Position numbers and translations under genes: made by a program. Under the pieces are notes generated by a model. The model did not search any database and was not told the DNA's origin. It was given only the letters and a program-made list of their open reading frames with translations. This document shows, piece by piece, positions 52,601 to 64,000 of a stretch of DNA of 64,000 nt; within the stretch, counting starts at the first letter, position 1; each line of letters begins with the position of its first letter. Origin of the DNA: Octopus bimaculoides (taxonomy: Eukaryota); assembly GCF_001194135.2 (NCBI RefSeq), contig NC_068984.1, positions 40,979,401 to 41,043,400 of the forward strand, written 5' to 3'.

Positions 52601-55600
52601 AACTTACATGTCCAAAGTTTCAATACTTTACAATGTGATGCAATACTGTTAATCTGGAAGGCTTTTAGCAGAAAAATGTGAAAAAGTATGATTATTTAGT
52701 GGATATTGAGTTTTGTATTAATAAATAACCTCTGATTTTTTTTTTTTTTTGTTAAAATTCCGGTGACAAAGATTAACTCTGGACCCACCCCTGCCCCATA
52801 GTTTGTGCATTTAGAGGGTTTAGATTTGTGATACTATCCCTTTATTTTCCATTGTGGATGGGAAGATTTGTTATCTTACTATAATGGGCATTATGTCTAT
52901 CTATCTGGCCGTCTCTTTATCTTTGTAATCCCCCAAAATAGTCTACTTTTACACTTGTTTTACTAGAAATATCATTTATCATTATTTCATATTATCAGAG
53001 TCTATAAAATAAAGTGGCAGTCAAGTACCAACCTACACCCTCTCTCAAATTTCAGGCCATATGCCTATGCTAGAACCATTATTATTGTTGTTTAGACCAA
53101 GGAAAAGATGTTGTGCTATGTAGCTATTGTAGGCCCTCTCAGATTATGCTGTTTTGCTTCAGCTTCTACAGGATGCTGTTTGTAGGTTACAGATTTGGAT
53201 AAGAAATATTAGTGAAGAAAAGTATTTATGGTATAAGAGTCTGAGAGGTGAGAGCCATATCAATGATAAAAGAAGAAAAGGTGAGTGGCTCAAGTGAGTT
53301 TTCCTGGACGTATATAGTTTATTAGTAAAAAGCTCAGAAACCACTAAAGCAACAGTCCATGAAAGAAATTAAGAAAAGAATGTTGGTAATGAACACAAAT
53401 GATGTAAGAAAAGTCAAGAGCAAAGTTTCTCTTCATTAGAAATACCCAATAATCCAATATTATCAGGTCATCCCATAAGTTCTGTCCGAATTTTGAATAA
53501 AGAAAACAAGTGATCAAATATATTTAATTGAAATTTAATCATCAATGTACTTTCCCTGATTATCTATGACTTCCTTCCATCTATTTACAAGCTTTTTAAT
53601 CCCATCAATTTAAAACTCTCTTGGTTTCAAAGCCACGAACTCTGAAATGTTAGTTTCGACCTCCTCCTGGCTAGCAAAAGTTATGTCCCCCAAATGATTC
53701 TGTAAACTACGAAACAGATNNNNNNNNNNNNNNNNNNNNNNNNNNNNNNNNNNNNNNNNNNNNNNNNNNNNNNNNNNNNNNNNNNNNNNNNNNNNNNNNN
53801 NNNNNNNNNNNNNNNNNNNNNNNNNNNNNNNNNNNNNNNNNNNNNNNNNNNNNNNNNNNNNNNNNNNNNNNNNNNNNNNNNNNNNNNNNNNNNNNNNNNN
53901 NNNNNNNNNNNNNNNNNNNNNNNNNNNNNNNNNNNNNNNNNNNNNNNATTAGGTGGTAACAATTCAAAGTGAATTACTCCTTTGTAATCCCACCAGATAG
54001 AGATAAGAACCTTTTTCCATGAAGTTCCCTTCTTGGTTGTGGTTGAGCTTTTCCCCTTTTACCAAGCCACTGTTTACAACGTTTATTATTTCGATAGAAG
54101 ATCCATTTTTCGTCACGAGTCACAAGTCTATCCAAAAAGGGTGAAATGAGTTTGCAAGAATGGAGAGAAGAGCAGATGTCAACTCAGGATTTGCAGTTGC
54201 TTTCGGACAATTCATGAGGCACCCATATTCCAAGTTTAGGAATCTTTCCAAGTTGTTGAAGGCGATGATGAACAGTTGTATGGTTTGAACTAAGCTTTAC
54301 TGCCAATTCTTCAATTGATAATGCCGAATTTTCTTCAAGTAATGCCTCAAGGAGCTTATCATCAAACTCAACTGGACGTCCTGTTTGATGTTCATCTTCA
54401 AGGCTGAAATCTCCACTTCTGAATTTTGCAAACCATCTTCTGCAAATTCTTTCATTCAAGCATTCTTTCCCATAAACTGAGTGTATGTTTTGAGTTGCTT
54501 CGCCTGCAGAGTCTCCTTTTTTTTGTACTCATAAAGCATTATGTGCCTCAAATGCTCTTTGGATACTTCCATGTTAGAAAGGGTTTTAATCAAAGAAATT
54601 TTAATTCTATTATTCTGTAAAATAATATTTGATTAGTTTAAATGTACACAAAGGCATAAAATTTTTTTTTAATTCCATTAGACATTCTAAAATACTATTG
54701 AATTTCATTCAACTTTAAAAAAGATAAAATCGGACAGAACTTATGGGATGACCTAATATATAAGCTATTGCAAACTCCTTGATTACTTAGTACCGAAGAA
54801 ACTGGAGTATCAATTTATTTTCCATTAGTGAAAATGAACAAAAGTCAAATTAAATGTATCACTGTCTGAGATAACTATGTTATTCAAAAGATATCATCAT
54901 TAACATTTCAACTTACTATTGTTGCATTTTTGGTCAGATATTTCTCCAAGATTGTTTTGGAAATGGGTTCTGGGCAAGTTTGCAGCTTGGTGATTATGGT
55001 CAATATTCCTGTGTTCCAACTCAAAGGCTGAAGAGTTACTTTCTCTTCTGTGTGGCATTACAACTGCAGTATCTGGGGTGCCGTGACTGAAAGGTTTTTT
55101 CCTATCTAAGGCAGGACTACAATCAAAACAAATGACAGTTTTATCATCCTCATCTTCAACAACATCAACATTAAAATATTTCCAATCAAACAAGATTTTA
55201 ATGTAATTTTTAACTTCCATTTTGTAAATCTTTTTAAACACTAATTCAAAATCTATTTTTCTACGAGTTAGATATGACTAAGTTAGATATTCTCTATCAC
55301 ATTATGACTTGGAAAAAGTGATATTTGGTTTTGGTTTTTGCCACTAATTTCAAAATCAAGAAGCTGAAATTCAAGGAGACAACACAACGCATGACATTTA
55401 AACTTTAAACAGTCTTGCCTACAGTTTTCCATAAGTTGATATTATGAGATATGAAAATTAACTGAAATCAGTAATGGCAATTACAATTTCCATGGATATT
55501 AGATAATAGTAGATTCACCTGGAAATACTCTTTGGATCATTACCATAACTGGTATCCATAATTGGTTTAACTCTCTGGAAAAAAAAAGGAATTCAATATA

Positions 55601-58600
55601 GAATTTTATGAACAATGTTTTACATATTTGATTTAACTAATAATTATTCAACATTTGAAAAAAATTGAACATGATCTGGCACTCAGTCACCACAATCTTT
55701 ATTTTCCTTCTATCTACTCCTACTCACCCTCACACTGTGGGACAGCCTTGTATCTCCTCTATAGCAAGACACCTGTGCTTGTCCTTCTATCATACTTTAG
55801 CCTTCAACATCTGGCATAAAGTCACCTTCCCCTCTCTCAAATATATTCCTACTAAGTTAAAGAAGCTTTTCCTTTTCCATTCTTTACTGTCTTGCAAGTT
55901 ACTTGGCAACCTCACTAGCACCAGTGTTATGACAAAAATGTACCCAGTGCACACTGTAAAGTGGTTGGTGTTAGGAAGGGCATCCAGCCACAGAATCCAT
56001 GCCATGGCTGACATTGGAGCCTGATATAGCTCTGCAGCTTATCAGACCCTGTCAAATTGTCCAATTCATGCCAACATGGAAAACAAACATTAAATGATGA
56101 TGATAAGTGTAAATACAAAACACAAGAGATAATTACTCAACACTAAAATTCATTAACTAAAGAAACTCACAAAATTTATTGTCATGTTAAAGCTATTGTG
56201 TCCAGTTTTTAGTTACATTGCTTTAGGTCCTCAGTTTAAACTCAGATAAGGCTGACTTAGACATTTCATCCTTTTCATGATTGATAAAAATATATATCAG
56301 TCACATGCTAAGGTCAATGTAATGATTCACGAGCTCCTGCAATAATATGCAGTCTTGTATTGATGTTAGAAATCACTAATATTAGATAAAAGCCAAGAAA
56401 TTGGCTGAAACAATAAAACTGACCAAGTCCCTTACAGTATTTAAATTTATTACTATTACAAGTTCAAATCCTGTCAAAGAAAAAATTGACCAGTACCAAG
56501 TACTAGTAATACACTAGTTTCAATTCCATCAACTGTTGTTCTATAGATACAAAAACGACTGAGTCAAGCGAAAAACAAATCACTACTATTGTATACATAC
56601 AAGATAAACACATACAGAAACAAACAAAACACAAGTCATAGTTAATCCAACAATAAATAAAGTCGTTTTAAATGTGAATTATTGCACTACATTCATATTT
56701 ATTTACTTTCACCAAACAGAAATCTCATACACCTCCATTCCATCTTCTACAATCATGTTAGTTTTAACGAAACAGTCACGGACTATAAAAAAGAACATAA
56801 AGCGAAGAATATAAACCTTCAGTAATAAGTAATAAAAAAGCAAAACCTTATTTTATATATAACTGAAATGCTAAGACTTAGTTACATAGTTAAATGTCCT
56901 ATCTACTCTAATAAAAGAATTCCCTGTTAGGAATAATGCACCAGAGCCAATGTTTGTAAGTGAAGGCTATAGAATGATTTGAATTTGATTTATGGTATTA
57001 GAGTCCTTCATAAAAGTTGATCTCAGTGGATTTGAACCCAAAACTTACATGGATGTACAAAACATTTGTGCCAGATCTCAACTTTTCGATCAACTTCTCA
57101 CCCTTACACATAATATTAACTGCTGTTTAAAATTATGCAAGTAGCATTTGCATTGAGTAGACAACAAATAGTCTCCCTTTATTCAATATATATTTCATAT
57201 ATATTGAATAAAGCAGTAACTTGAACGAGGAGTTTTGAAAAATCCTTTTGTTTTTGTATTAAAAAGTATTAATCTAATATTTCGTCTTAATGAAATTATT
57301 TGCACAATAAAGTAAAATGAAATTTACCTGAAGAAAAACAAGATAAGGAAAAACAAAAGTTTCCATATAAGACGCAGCAAGCTGAAAAAAAAGCAAAAAA
57401 AAACATTATTTTGTTAAATATGTTTAAATGCGGTTTAAGTGTTAAATCTAGTGTTAAATAGAAGTCGTTGATGGAAAATACAAGGCAGATATCCGAGTTA
57501 TTTGAATGAAAAAGAAAAATACATGTAGATTAATATATAAAAGCTCTGAATGCACAAAAAGTTTAACTCAAAATCTTTATAGCTTCAATGTATAATTATA
57601 TAGAGTAAAATTCTCATACATAAATTCAATTCTACACCACCCCACTCTCATGCACATATACATATGTGTGGTTACATGTACGAAGAGATAGAAACAGAAA
57701 GTGATCCTAAACCAATTGCATTTATTAAAATATTTCACTTTCGGGGTCTTATTATTTAAATTAATTTGATGAAATACAGGTTAATGGTAAAGTTTACATC
57801 ACCAATTCTCTATTTAATCTAAATAAATTCTGAAATATAATTAGGAACCAATAGATGAAGCTTTATATGGTTTCTTAACCAACTAGAGATAGCAACCAAA
57901 TCCACTTCCTCTCTTATTCTTTTGTTTTTCTAAGAAAAGGGACGCACTGGATAACAAAGTCTGAAAGTAAGACAGGATGGTCACAACTGGGTCATCTGTA
58001 ATCAAAGGTTTGCTTAATCAGAGGTGACACAGAATTAAACTACAATATCTCTAAATTTAATTCTTTACTCAGCTGTCACAGAGCATTTTTGTTCAAATAT
58101 TAAATGCTATTAAGCAAAGATTAAGCAATGTAACAACAGGAGAGAGAGATTGAAAAAAAGTTTCTGTATACATCTCTTATATACATACATACACAGTTTT
58201 TTCTACAAATAAATAACAACAGTTAGGTATTTTTACAACAATTCTCAGTAAGATTACAAAGATAAAAAAAACAATTACATAAAAAATAGTATAAAAACAG
58301 TCACTTACTAACTGGGTGTTTGTGAAGCAAATAGATGCTGCGTTGCCCCAATTAGTTCGAATTTCATCAAAACATTGGTATGGCTCCCATCCATACACAC
58401 GTAGCATGTTTGCACTGGTAGCAAATAAACAGGAACCAGATGGATGGAAGAGTATGTTGCTAAAAAAACAAATGAAACATCCAAATGTATTTAAAATTAA
58501 AATGAGGTACAATAGCTGTAATAGCTATGAATTAGTAGTTGGATTGTTAGAGGTGAAATGGAAACGGATATAAAACAGTTAAACAAAAAAGAAAAATCTT

Positions 58601-61600
58601 TCTAAAACTAAAAATCTTTTTTATGTATCATAATAGTGTACAATGAAGCCTCCCCAACATTTCAAGAGATGAATGATAAAACAGCTGACAGGGAACGATT
58701 CTCAACTTTGTTCTTTGCCCTGGAGTGCCCGTAGGTCTTTACTATAAATTAATGGCAGGGCTTTAATTGCAAAATCCCTCAAGAAGTTGTGAGAAGTTCA
58801 AAGCCTGGAAGAGGAGACTTAAACCAAGATGAAGTTGAATCAGAATGAATATGGATAACATAAGTTTTTAGTATTAATAATTAGTAAATCAAAAATGACA
58901 AGCACCAGGTAAATGAGCATTTCTAATATGCAGAAAAATTTGGTAGTAAAATATGCATGGGAAGTATAAAAAGGCTGCAGATAAATGTCTGCAATAAGCA
59001 TTTGATTATCCTATTGGATTTTCTTTGTGCTCAACATCCAACGAGGTTCTTGTTCATTAATGCATGAAATTTAAAAAAAGGTCATCAAGGCAAGCCCCAC
59101 CACTGACAGAATGTAGACAGGCTTCAGATATGATCAGACCTGACCAAAGATAGGTAGCAACGAGTTCAAGGTAAATATAGAAATTGAGGGGTTGGCTAAC
59201 ATGTAGTGTGAATGACCATCATCATCATTTAATGTCTGTTGTCCATGCTGGCATGGGTTGGACAGTTTGACCAGGGCTGGCAAGCCAGAAGGCTGCAACA
59301 GACTCCAGTCTGATTTGGCATGGTTTCTATGTCTGGATGCCCTTCCTAATGCCAACCACTCTAATAGTGTAATGAGTGCTTTTATGTGCCACTGGCACAG
59401 GTGTCATTTGCATGACACTAGTATCTGCTACAACTGCAATTTCACTTGGCTTGATGGGCCTTCTTAAGCAATACCAATATTTATTTGCATCAATGTCACA
59501 AACTAAACAGATAATCTTGTCTAAGGATTCAAAATCAGTATCAAGAGTTGTTGAATGCACACCTATCAAACTTATGTCAATACTGAATAAAGAAATATGA
59601 AAAATGAAGATGAAATAATGCATGCTTTAAAATAGAATTCTTAAAATCAAATCAAAAATAAACTTACTCAACACCATGTGATATTTCTGGAGTAGAGCTA
59701 ACTAAGTGAAAATTTTCTAAATCCCAAAATTTAACAGTCCTGAAAGAAAAATATACATGAATGAATTACATCATCTATGCAATTAAATCTTATTTTAAAT
59801 AAAGATACAAGGGACATTTTTATTAATTTTCCTTTCTTTTTGTAAAATGGCACTAAATTTTCACAAGTAATCTATTAGGTTATGGTACAAATTATCCCAG
59901 CACTGTTTCTAATATATATAAATTTATTTAATACAATAGTATGCACAGACCTTAAAATTAATTAAAGGAAAAAAAAACAGTAATACACCAATAAGCTAAG
60001 ATTTGTCATTTCTAAAGAGAAAAAAAAACTGAAACAGGATTTTAAAATTATGGTAAAATTCTGACAGTGAAAAAACTGCAAGTCTAAACAAAGAATTTAA
60101 GTGCTTACCTATCAGAACTGCCTGAGGCCAATAATAGTTCACCAGGATGAAAGTCAACTACGTTGACACCAGATTTATGTCCTTTCAAATCTGCTAATAA
60201 TTTACCTGCTTTTAAGTCCCACAACTGAAAGTAAAAAAGGGAAAAAAATAAAATAAAATAATTCTGATTTCTTACATTGACACAAGGTCATTAATTTTGT
60301 ATTTGAGGGATCTCATCATCTGAATTTACTCAAGTGCATGTTTGGTACTTATTTTATCAACCCTGAGGGTATAAAAACAAAGTTGATTCAAGATCTGAAC
60401 TTAGACTGTAAAAGTATATAGCCAAATACTGGCATAAGGCACTTAGTCTAATGCTCGTCTATTTCTGCCAGCAAAATGTTTTCAATGGTATTGATCAAAA
60501 TGTTACATTGCAGTTATTATATAATCATCATCATCATCATCATCTAACATCTGCCTTTACTTGTATATTTGTGTGTATCTTTACTTGAAGCACAACACAA
60601 GCATATTCAGAGATGCCCCCAATGGGTTATGACATTTAGCAGTTACTTTTTGGTGCTTGCATGGGACACACAGTTTGCTGAGGCAGATTTTCTATAACTA
60701 GATGCCCTTCTTGTCACCAACCCTCACCTATTTCCAAGCAAGGTAATATTTCCCCCATGGCCATACATGCTTTCCATGGAAGAATGGAAGAACATTGCTT
60801 GTATAATGGTGATACTCATTTACAACCATCACAGGATGTCGAGGCAAGGGTACACACAAACATACCCACTCTCTCTCTCCCCCACTCCTTCCCTCTCTCA
60901 CACACACACACTGGCCTTCTTTAAGTTTCCATCTACCAAATCCACTTACAAGGCTTTGGTTACCCCAGGGATATAAACAAAAAGACACATGCCCGTGGAG
61001 CTGTGCAGTGGAACTGAACACAAGACCACAGGGTTGGGAAGCTAACCTCTTAACCATACAGCCACACCCACACCTATTAGTAGTACAATAATTACATGAT
61101 CAACAACTGGCTAAAACTGAACATTATCTTCTATTCTAACATCACTAAACCAGAGTCAGAAAAACACCCTTTCAATCTTCCCTCGTGATAAAACAGTTTT
61201 ATAGCTTTTATATCTGGATTACAAAGAGAATCAATATAATACTGCTTCTGCTTCATGTGCTGGTCAGATTAATATTCACTTGTTGTTGTTGAGCCTCAGA
61301 TAAGTCCTGGTCAACCATGACCACACCATCATTCTCCTAAACACAGTGTACATTATTTAATGAGTTCTTTCACAAGATGGTTGTGCATGATTTGAGAGGC
61401 ACTTGGCTGCTACTTGTAACAGATGGAGCAGCAACCACATGGTAGTTCCTCCATTGGCTCAGGTTAAAAGTACATGCAACTTGTTTCTTCTTCACAGAAA
61501 CATCAGAATAGTTGTCAATATTAATCAATAAACATTGATTTCTTATATCTGCACAAGGTTTTAAGATTGTAGGCAAGAAGGAATATGATCAATTGAATCA

Positions 61601-63040
61601 TCCCCACTGTATTACTGGTATGTATTGTATCACACTCTCACCTCCATGCCAGTCCCCCGCCGGGGTGGAAGCTGAAGCCAACCATGACAGGATTTGAACT
61701 CAAAGCATTTAAAAAAAGAAAAGGAAACCATACAATGCTAGCAGCTTTTAATCTAGTACACTTCTGCGGCCTACAATACTGTGCTCTAACTTTGGCACTA
61801 GGCGAGTGATTTGCAAGGAGGGTAGGAGATACAATTGACCCTAGTACCTAACTAATAATTACTTCATTGACCCCAAAAGATGAAAACTCATGCTGACATT
61901 GGTGGGATTTGAACTCAGAACATATAGAGGTACGGCTAAAAACTACAAGGTATTATTTACTCTTGACATGTTACCTTACCAATGTCTTTGTAGTGGTTTA
62001 TAATAGCTTTGTAGCTACACCTCAGAAACAAATGCAAGAAAATAGACATACTAAATTAGTTACAAGCTGACATTGATTCTATTTTTTTCTATGGCAAAAT
62101 AGCTGGCACTCATCTGAGAGAATAAGAAAAATAATATCCAATCAAATATAAAAAATTATATAATTTAAAGCCAATTTATACCTCATATGGGTTTACTAAA
62201 ATGACAAAACAAAAATTTCCTTAAATTTTGGGAGTCGCATTTGTTTGGGAAGTAATTTGATTAAAAAAAAAAACAAAAAAAACTAAAAACTTCTGATGTA
62301 CTTACTTTTACTATACCATCTTCCCCTGCTGAAGCAATCCAGCCACCATCAGGGCTGAACTGTAAATTGTTAACTGAACCTTGGTGGCCCTGAAAGAAAT
62401 CAGTTGATAATTTATAGAAACAGAAACAAAAGCAACTGATAAACAACAAAAAAGTTTCTCTGAAATATATAAGGAGAAATGATATAAATACTTTGTTATG
62501 TTGTTTATCTTTAGGCAAGATTATAGTTTTTGTTGTTGTTTAACTTCAAGTTTGCTTCTTATAGAACAAACTTCTGATTAAAAGCTTTTCCAGATATGAC
62601 AATGAAATCCTTCTATATTGAATTGTCATAATGCATCACTACAATAATTCAATGTGACTTTTGTTTTGTAATATAGGAGGTAATGATACATGGAAGATTT
62701 GGCTGCTATTTTTAACAAGCCGAGTAACACAGATCTTCTTGTTGACTCATAACAAAATGGTTGACAAAGATGGTAAACACTTCTCATTAGCAAGACTTTT
62801 TTTTTCATATTTTGCCTCCACTCTCACAACAACGAGAAAAAAAAGGGTTTTTTTTTAATTGTTAGATGTCTGATTATAGGTGAATAATTAACAGATGTTA
62901 ATAGGCAGTAATTATCAGATGTTATTGCAAGGTACATAGATAGGTAAATTGATTGATACTACCAACACTGTACATAAAAAAAGTATTAAAACAGTTACCT
63001 TATATCTGTATATGCAGCTTTTTCGTTTAATGTCCCATAA
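46480..63040 (-). CDS. KATNB1: KATNB1 (katanin p80 WD40 subunit B1), spliced; 14 coding exons visible (1362 nt, 453 aa plus stop); 5' exons outside the window
   Basis: WD40 repeats ([60 protein letters not shown]) are followed by the C-terminal con80 domain ([31 protein letters not shown]). All introns are GT-AG with consistent phases. Confidence 0.93.
46699..46815 (-). CDS. KATNB1: KATNB1 exon: [38 protein letters not shown](R)
   Basis: tacag|A TAT...AG|gtacag; 117 nt; LKLIL and GVDI..EER motifs. Confidence 0.93.
46988..47062 (-). CDS. KATNB1: KATNB1 exon: [24 protein letters not shown](R)
   Basis: ttcag|A GAT...CG|gtaaat; 75 nt; LWxLDLC motif. Confidence 0.92.
49104..49302 (+). mobile_element. 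Second, 5'-truncated copy of the hammerhead-bearing element, arranged as a palindrome
   Basis: Arms 49105-49173 / 49191-49260. Same left boundary (cattatttacatttga) and same 3' tail (tacataattcctcatctcttaaatatagaact) as the 37.8 kb copy. Degenerate TSD ataaaaataa / ataagaataa. Confidence 0.8.
49334..49410 (-). CDS. KATNB1: KATNB1 exon: [25 protein letters not shown](K)
   Basis: ttcag|GCT...AA|gtaagt; 77 nt; matches human [25 protein letters not shown]. Confidence 0.88.
49483..50894 (-). mobile_element. 5'-truncated RTE LINE (about 1.4 kb including a gap) with (GAT)n tail
   Basis: 50537-50894 is about 95% identical (my count) to the reverse complement of 63697-64000 and includes YADD; the 3' end and (CAT)n tail lie at 49483-49718. 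Confidence 0.92.
51245..51367 (-). CDS. KATNB1: KATNB1 exon: [41 protein letters not shown]
   Basis: tacag|GAG...AGG|gtaggt; 123 nt; start of con80, matches human [29 protein letters not shown]. Confidence 0.88.
52497..52564 (-). CDS. KATNB1: KATNB1 linker exon: (I)[22 protein letters not shown]
   Basis: tttag|TT ATT...GGA|gtaagt; 68 nt; phase 1 in and 0 out, exactly bridging the flanking exons; no homology support. Confidence 0.7.
53463..54756 (-). mobile_element. Near full-length mariner transposon (about 1.29 kb including an assembly gap), defective transposase
   Basis: 27-bp TIRs T(C/T)AGGTCATCCCATAAGTTCTGTCCGA with TA on both flanks. Transposase remnant 54572->53535: [13 protein letters not shown]..., [29 protein letters not shown], ...[15 protein letters not shown]. 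At least two frameshifts and internal stops. Confidence 0.95.
54917..55116 (-). CDS. KATNB1: KATNB1 linker exon: [26 protein letters not shown]...EISDQKCNN
   Basis: tgtag|T CCT...AAT A|gtaagt; 200 nt; the only open frame is the phase-compatible one; weak resemblance to human TPPRRSEPFPAPPED. Confidence 0.72.
55519..55574 (-). CDS. KATNB1: KATNB1 linker exon: [18 protein letters not shown](S)
   Basis: tttttccag|AGA...AG|gtgaat; 56 nt; phases fit both neighbours. Confidence 0.75.
57328..57381 (-). CDS. KATNB1: KATNB1 exon: [18 protein letters not shown]
   Basis: Strong polypyrimidine acceptor ttttttcag|CTT...CAG|gtaaat; 54 nt, phase 0/0; aligns without gaps to human IGVAFSQSNVSSYVVDLT, although with low identity. 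Confidence 0.8.
58309..58459 (-). CDS. KATNB1: KATNB1 exon: [50 protein letters not shown]
   Basis: ttag|C AAC...TTA|gtaagt; 151 nt; LRVYGWEP motif. Confidence 0.94.
59668..59739 (-). CDS. KATNB1: KATNB1 exon: [23 protein letters not shown](D)
   Basis: tcag|G ACT...GA|gtaagt; 72 nt. Confidence 0.92.
60109..60224 (-). CDS. KATNB1: KATNB1 exon: [38 protein letters not shown](R)
   Basis: tcag|TTG...AG|gtaagc; 116 nt; WD40 repeat. Confidence 0.95.
62306..62389 (-). CDS. KATNB1: KATNB1 exon: [28 protein letters not shown]
   Basis: tcag|GGC...AAA|gtaagt; 84 nt; WD40 repeat. Confidence 0.94.
62999..63040 (-). CDS. KATNB1: KATNB1 exon: [14 protein letters not shown]
   Basis: ccag|TTA...AAG|gtaact on the minus strand; 42 nt. 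Confidence 0.92.
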
Positions 63041-63629
63041 CTGGAAAGTAAATTGGAAACATTACATAAAAGAGAGACAACAAAATTGAAATGAAATTGA
63101 AAGACAATGGATTCCATAAGTTAGTGTCACCATACAGTAACCATTATTTTCAATGGGTTCACGCTAGCCTCTTGTATTAAGAATTACTTCCACAGTTCTG
63201 ACAAGTAACTGATCTTAAATATCTCTCCATTATCTCTATATTTTAAGTCCTAAGCAAAACGTGTTTTTTCAGTGGTGATGTCCAGAAAATTAAGTCATGT
63301 AAAATTGCATGAATCTAGAAGACTTGTCTTCAATGCTGCCAGTTTATAATATTCTAGAAAAGAAAATTAGACATTTGAAATGTAGAACTTTGATATCCCT
63401 TAATATAGAAATATCCATTTTTGCTTATTTTTTTATTGATTGAGGCAGTTGATCCCTCTCACTTGCAATAGCTTCTGCAGATTCTAACATTAAAAAAATA
63501 TGATGCTTTTATCTGTATAACCTAACTGCAGTTAAAGGGAAGCCAGGAGAAAATCTAACAGATATTACTATCAGTAATATGGTACAAATTAATCTAATGA
63601 CCAAGTTTTCAATAGCAAAATGTATTAAT

Positions 63630-64000
63630 GTGAGAGCTGTGCGAGCCATGTACAGAGATGCTGCCAGTAAGGTGAGGGTTGGAAATGAGTACAGTAATGA
63701 ATTCCGGGTAGAGGTAGGGGTCCACCAAGGTTCCGTCTTCAGCCCTCTCCTATTTATCATAGTCCTCCAAGCGATCACAGAGGAATTCAAGACAGGTTGC
63801 CCCTGGGAGCTCCTCTATGCTGATGACCTTGCACTAATTGCGGAGTCATTATCAGAACTAGAGGAGAAGTTTCAGGTGTGGAAGCAAGGACTAGAATCGA
63901 AGGGCCTTAGAGTCAACCTAGCAAAAACCAAAATCCTAATAAGTAGGAAGGTAGATAAAACACAAACCCCTTCAGGTAGATGGCCCTGCTCAGTATGCAG
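63630..64000 (+). mobile_element. 5'-truncated RTE-clade LINE, reverse-transcriptase region, runs off the window
   Basis: Open frame VRAVRAMYRDAASKVRVG...GVHQGSVFSPLLFIIVL...[17 protein letters not shown]...[10 protein letters not shown] with the YADD motif. Confidence 0.93.

Noticed and set aside
57670-57720. Minus-strand peptide [14 protein letters not shown] resembling KATNB1 IGVAFSQSNVSSYV
   Set aside because: No acceptor AG and an immediate stop. The exon at 57328-57381 has proper splice sites and phase.
59327-59623. 98-aa minus ORF containing [12 protein letters not shown]
   Set aside because: It lies between two phase-matched KATNB1 exons, runs into an RTE 3' fragment and has no homology.

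Overview
Eukaryotic, AT-rich, gapped genomic scaffold. The repeat families (RTE LINE with a (GAT)n tail, tRNA-derived SINEs) look like those of an octopus or other coleoid cephalopod; this is recalled, not verified. Two spliced genes converge tail-to-tail. On the + strand is PHAF1/C16orf70 (UPF0183, MYTHO), with 13 coding exons traced from 18429 to the stop at 43504; the first coding exon was not found. On the - strand is KATNB1 (katanin p80), with 14 coding exons traced from 63040 to the stop at 46480; its 5' exons lie beyond the window. All junctions are GT-AG and phase-compatible. Introns are filled with SINEs, RTE LINE fragments, a near full-length dead mariner, a maT-like Tc1/mariner remnant, hAT and piggyBac-like MITEs, Helitron-like elements and microsatellites. 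Nearly all ORFs in the supplied track are artefacts of repeats, gaps or introns. The most unusual object is a small non-autonomous retroelement, present twice (37769-38119 and 49104-49302). It carries a minimal hammerhead-ribozyme motif in a Penelope-like inverted arrangement, and the longer copy also has a tRNA-derived Pol III head. No copy in the window has a fully intact ribozyme; the intact motif is a consensus of four arms.
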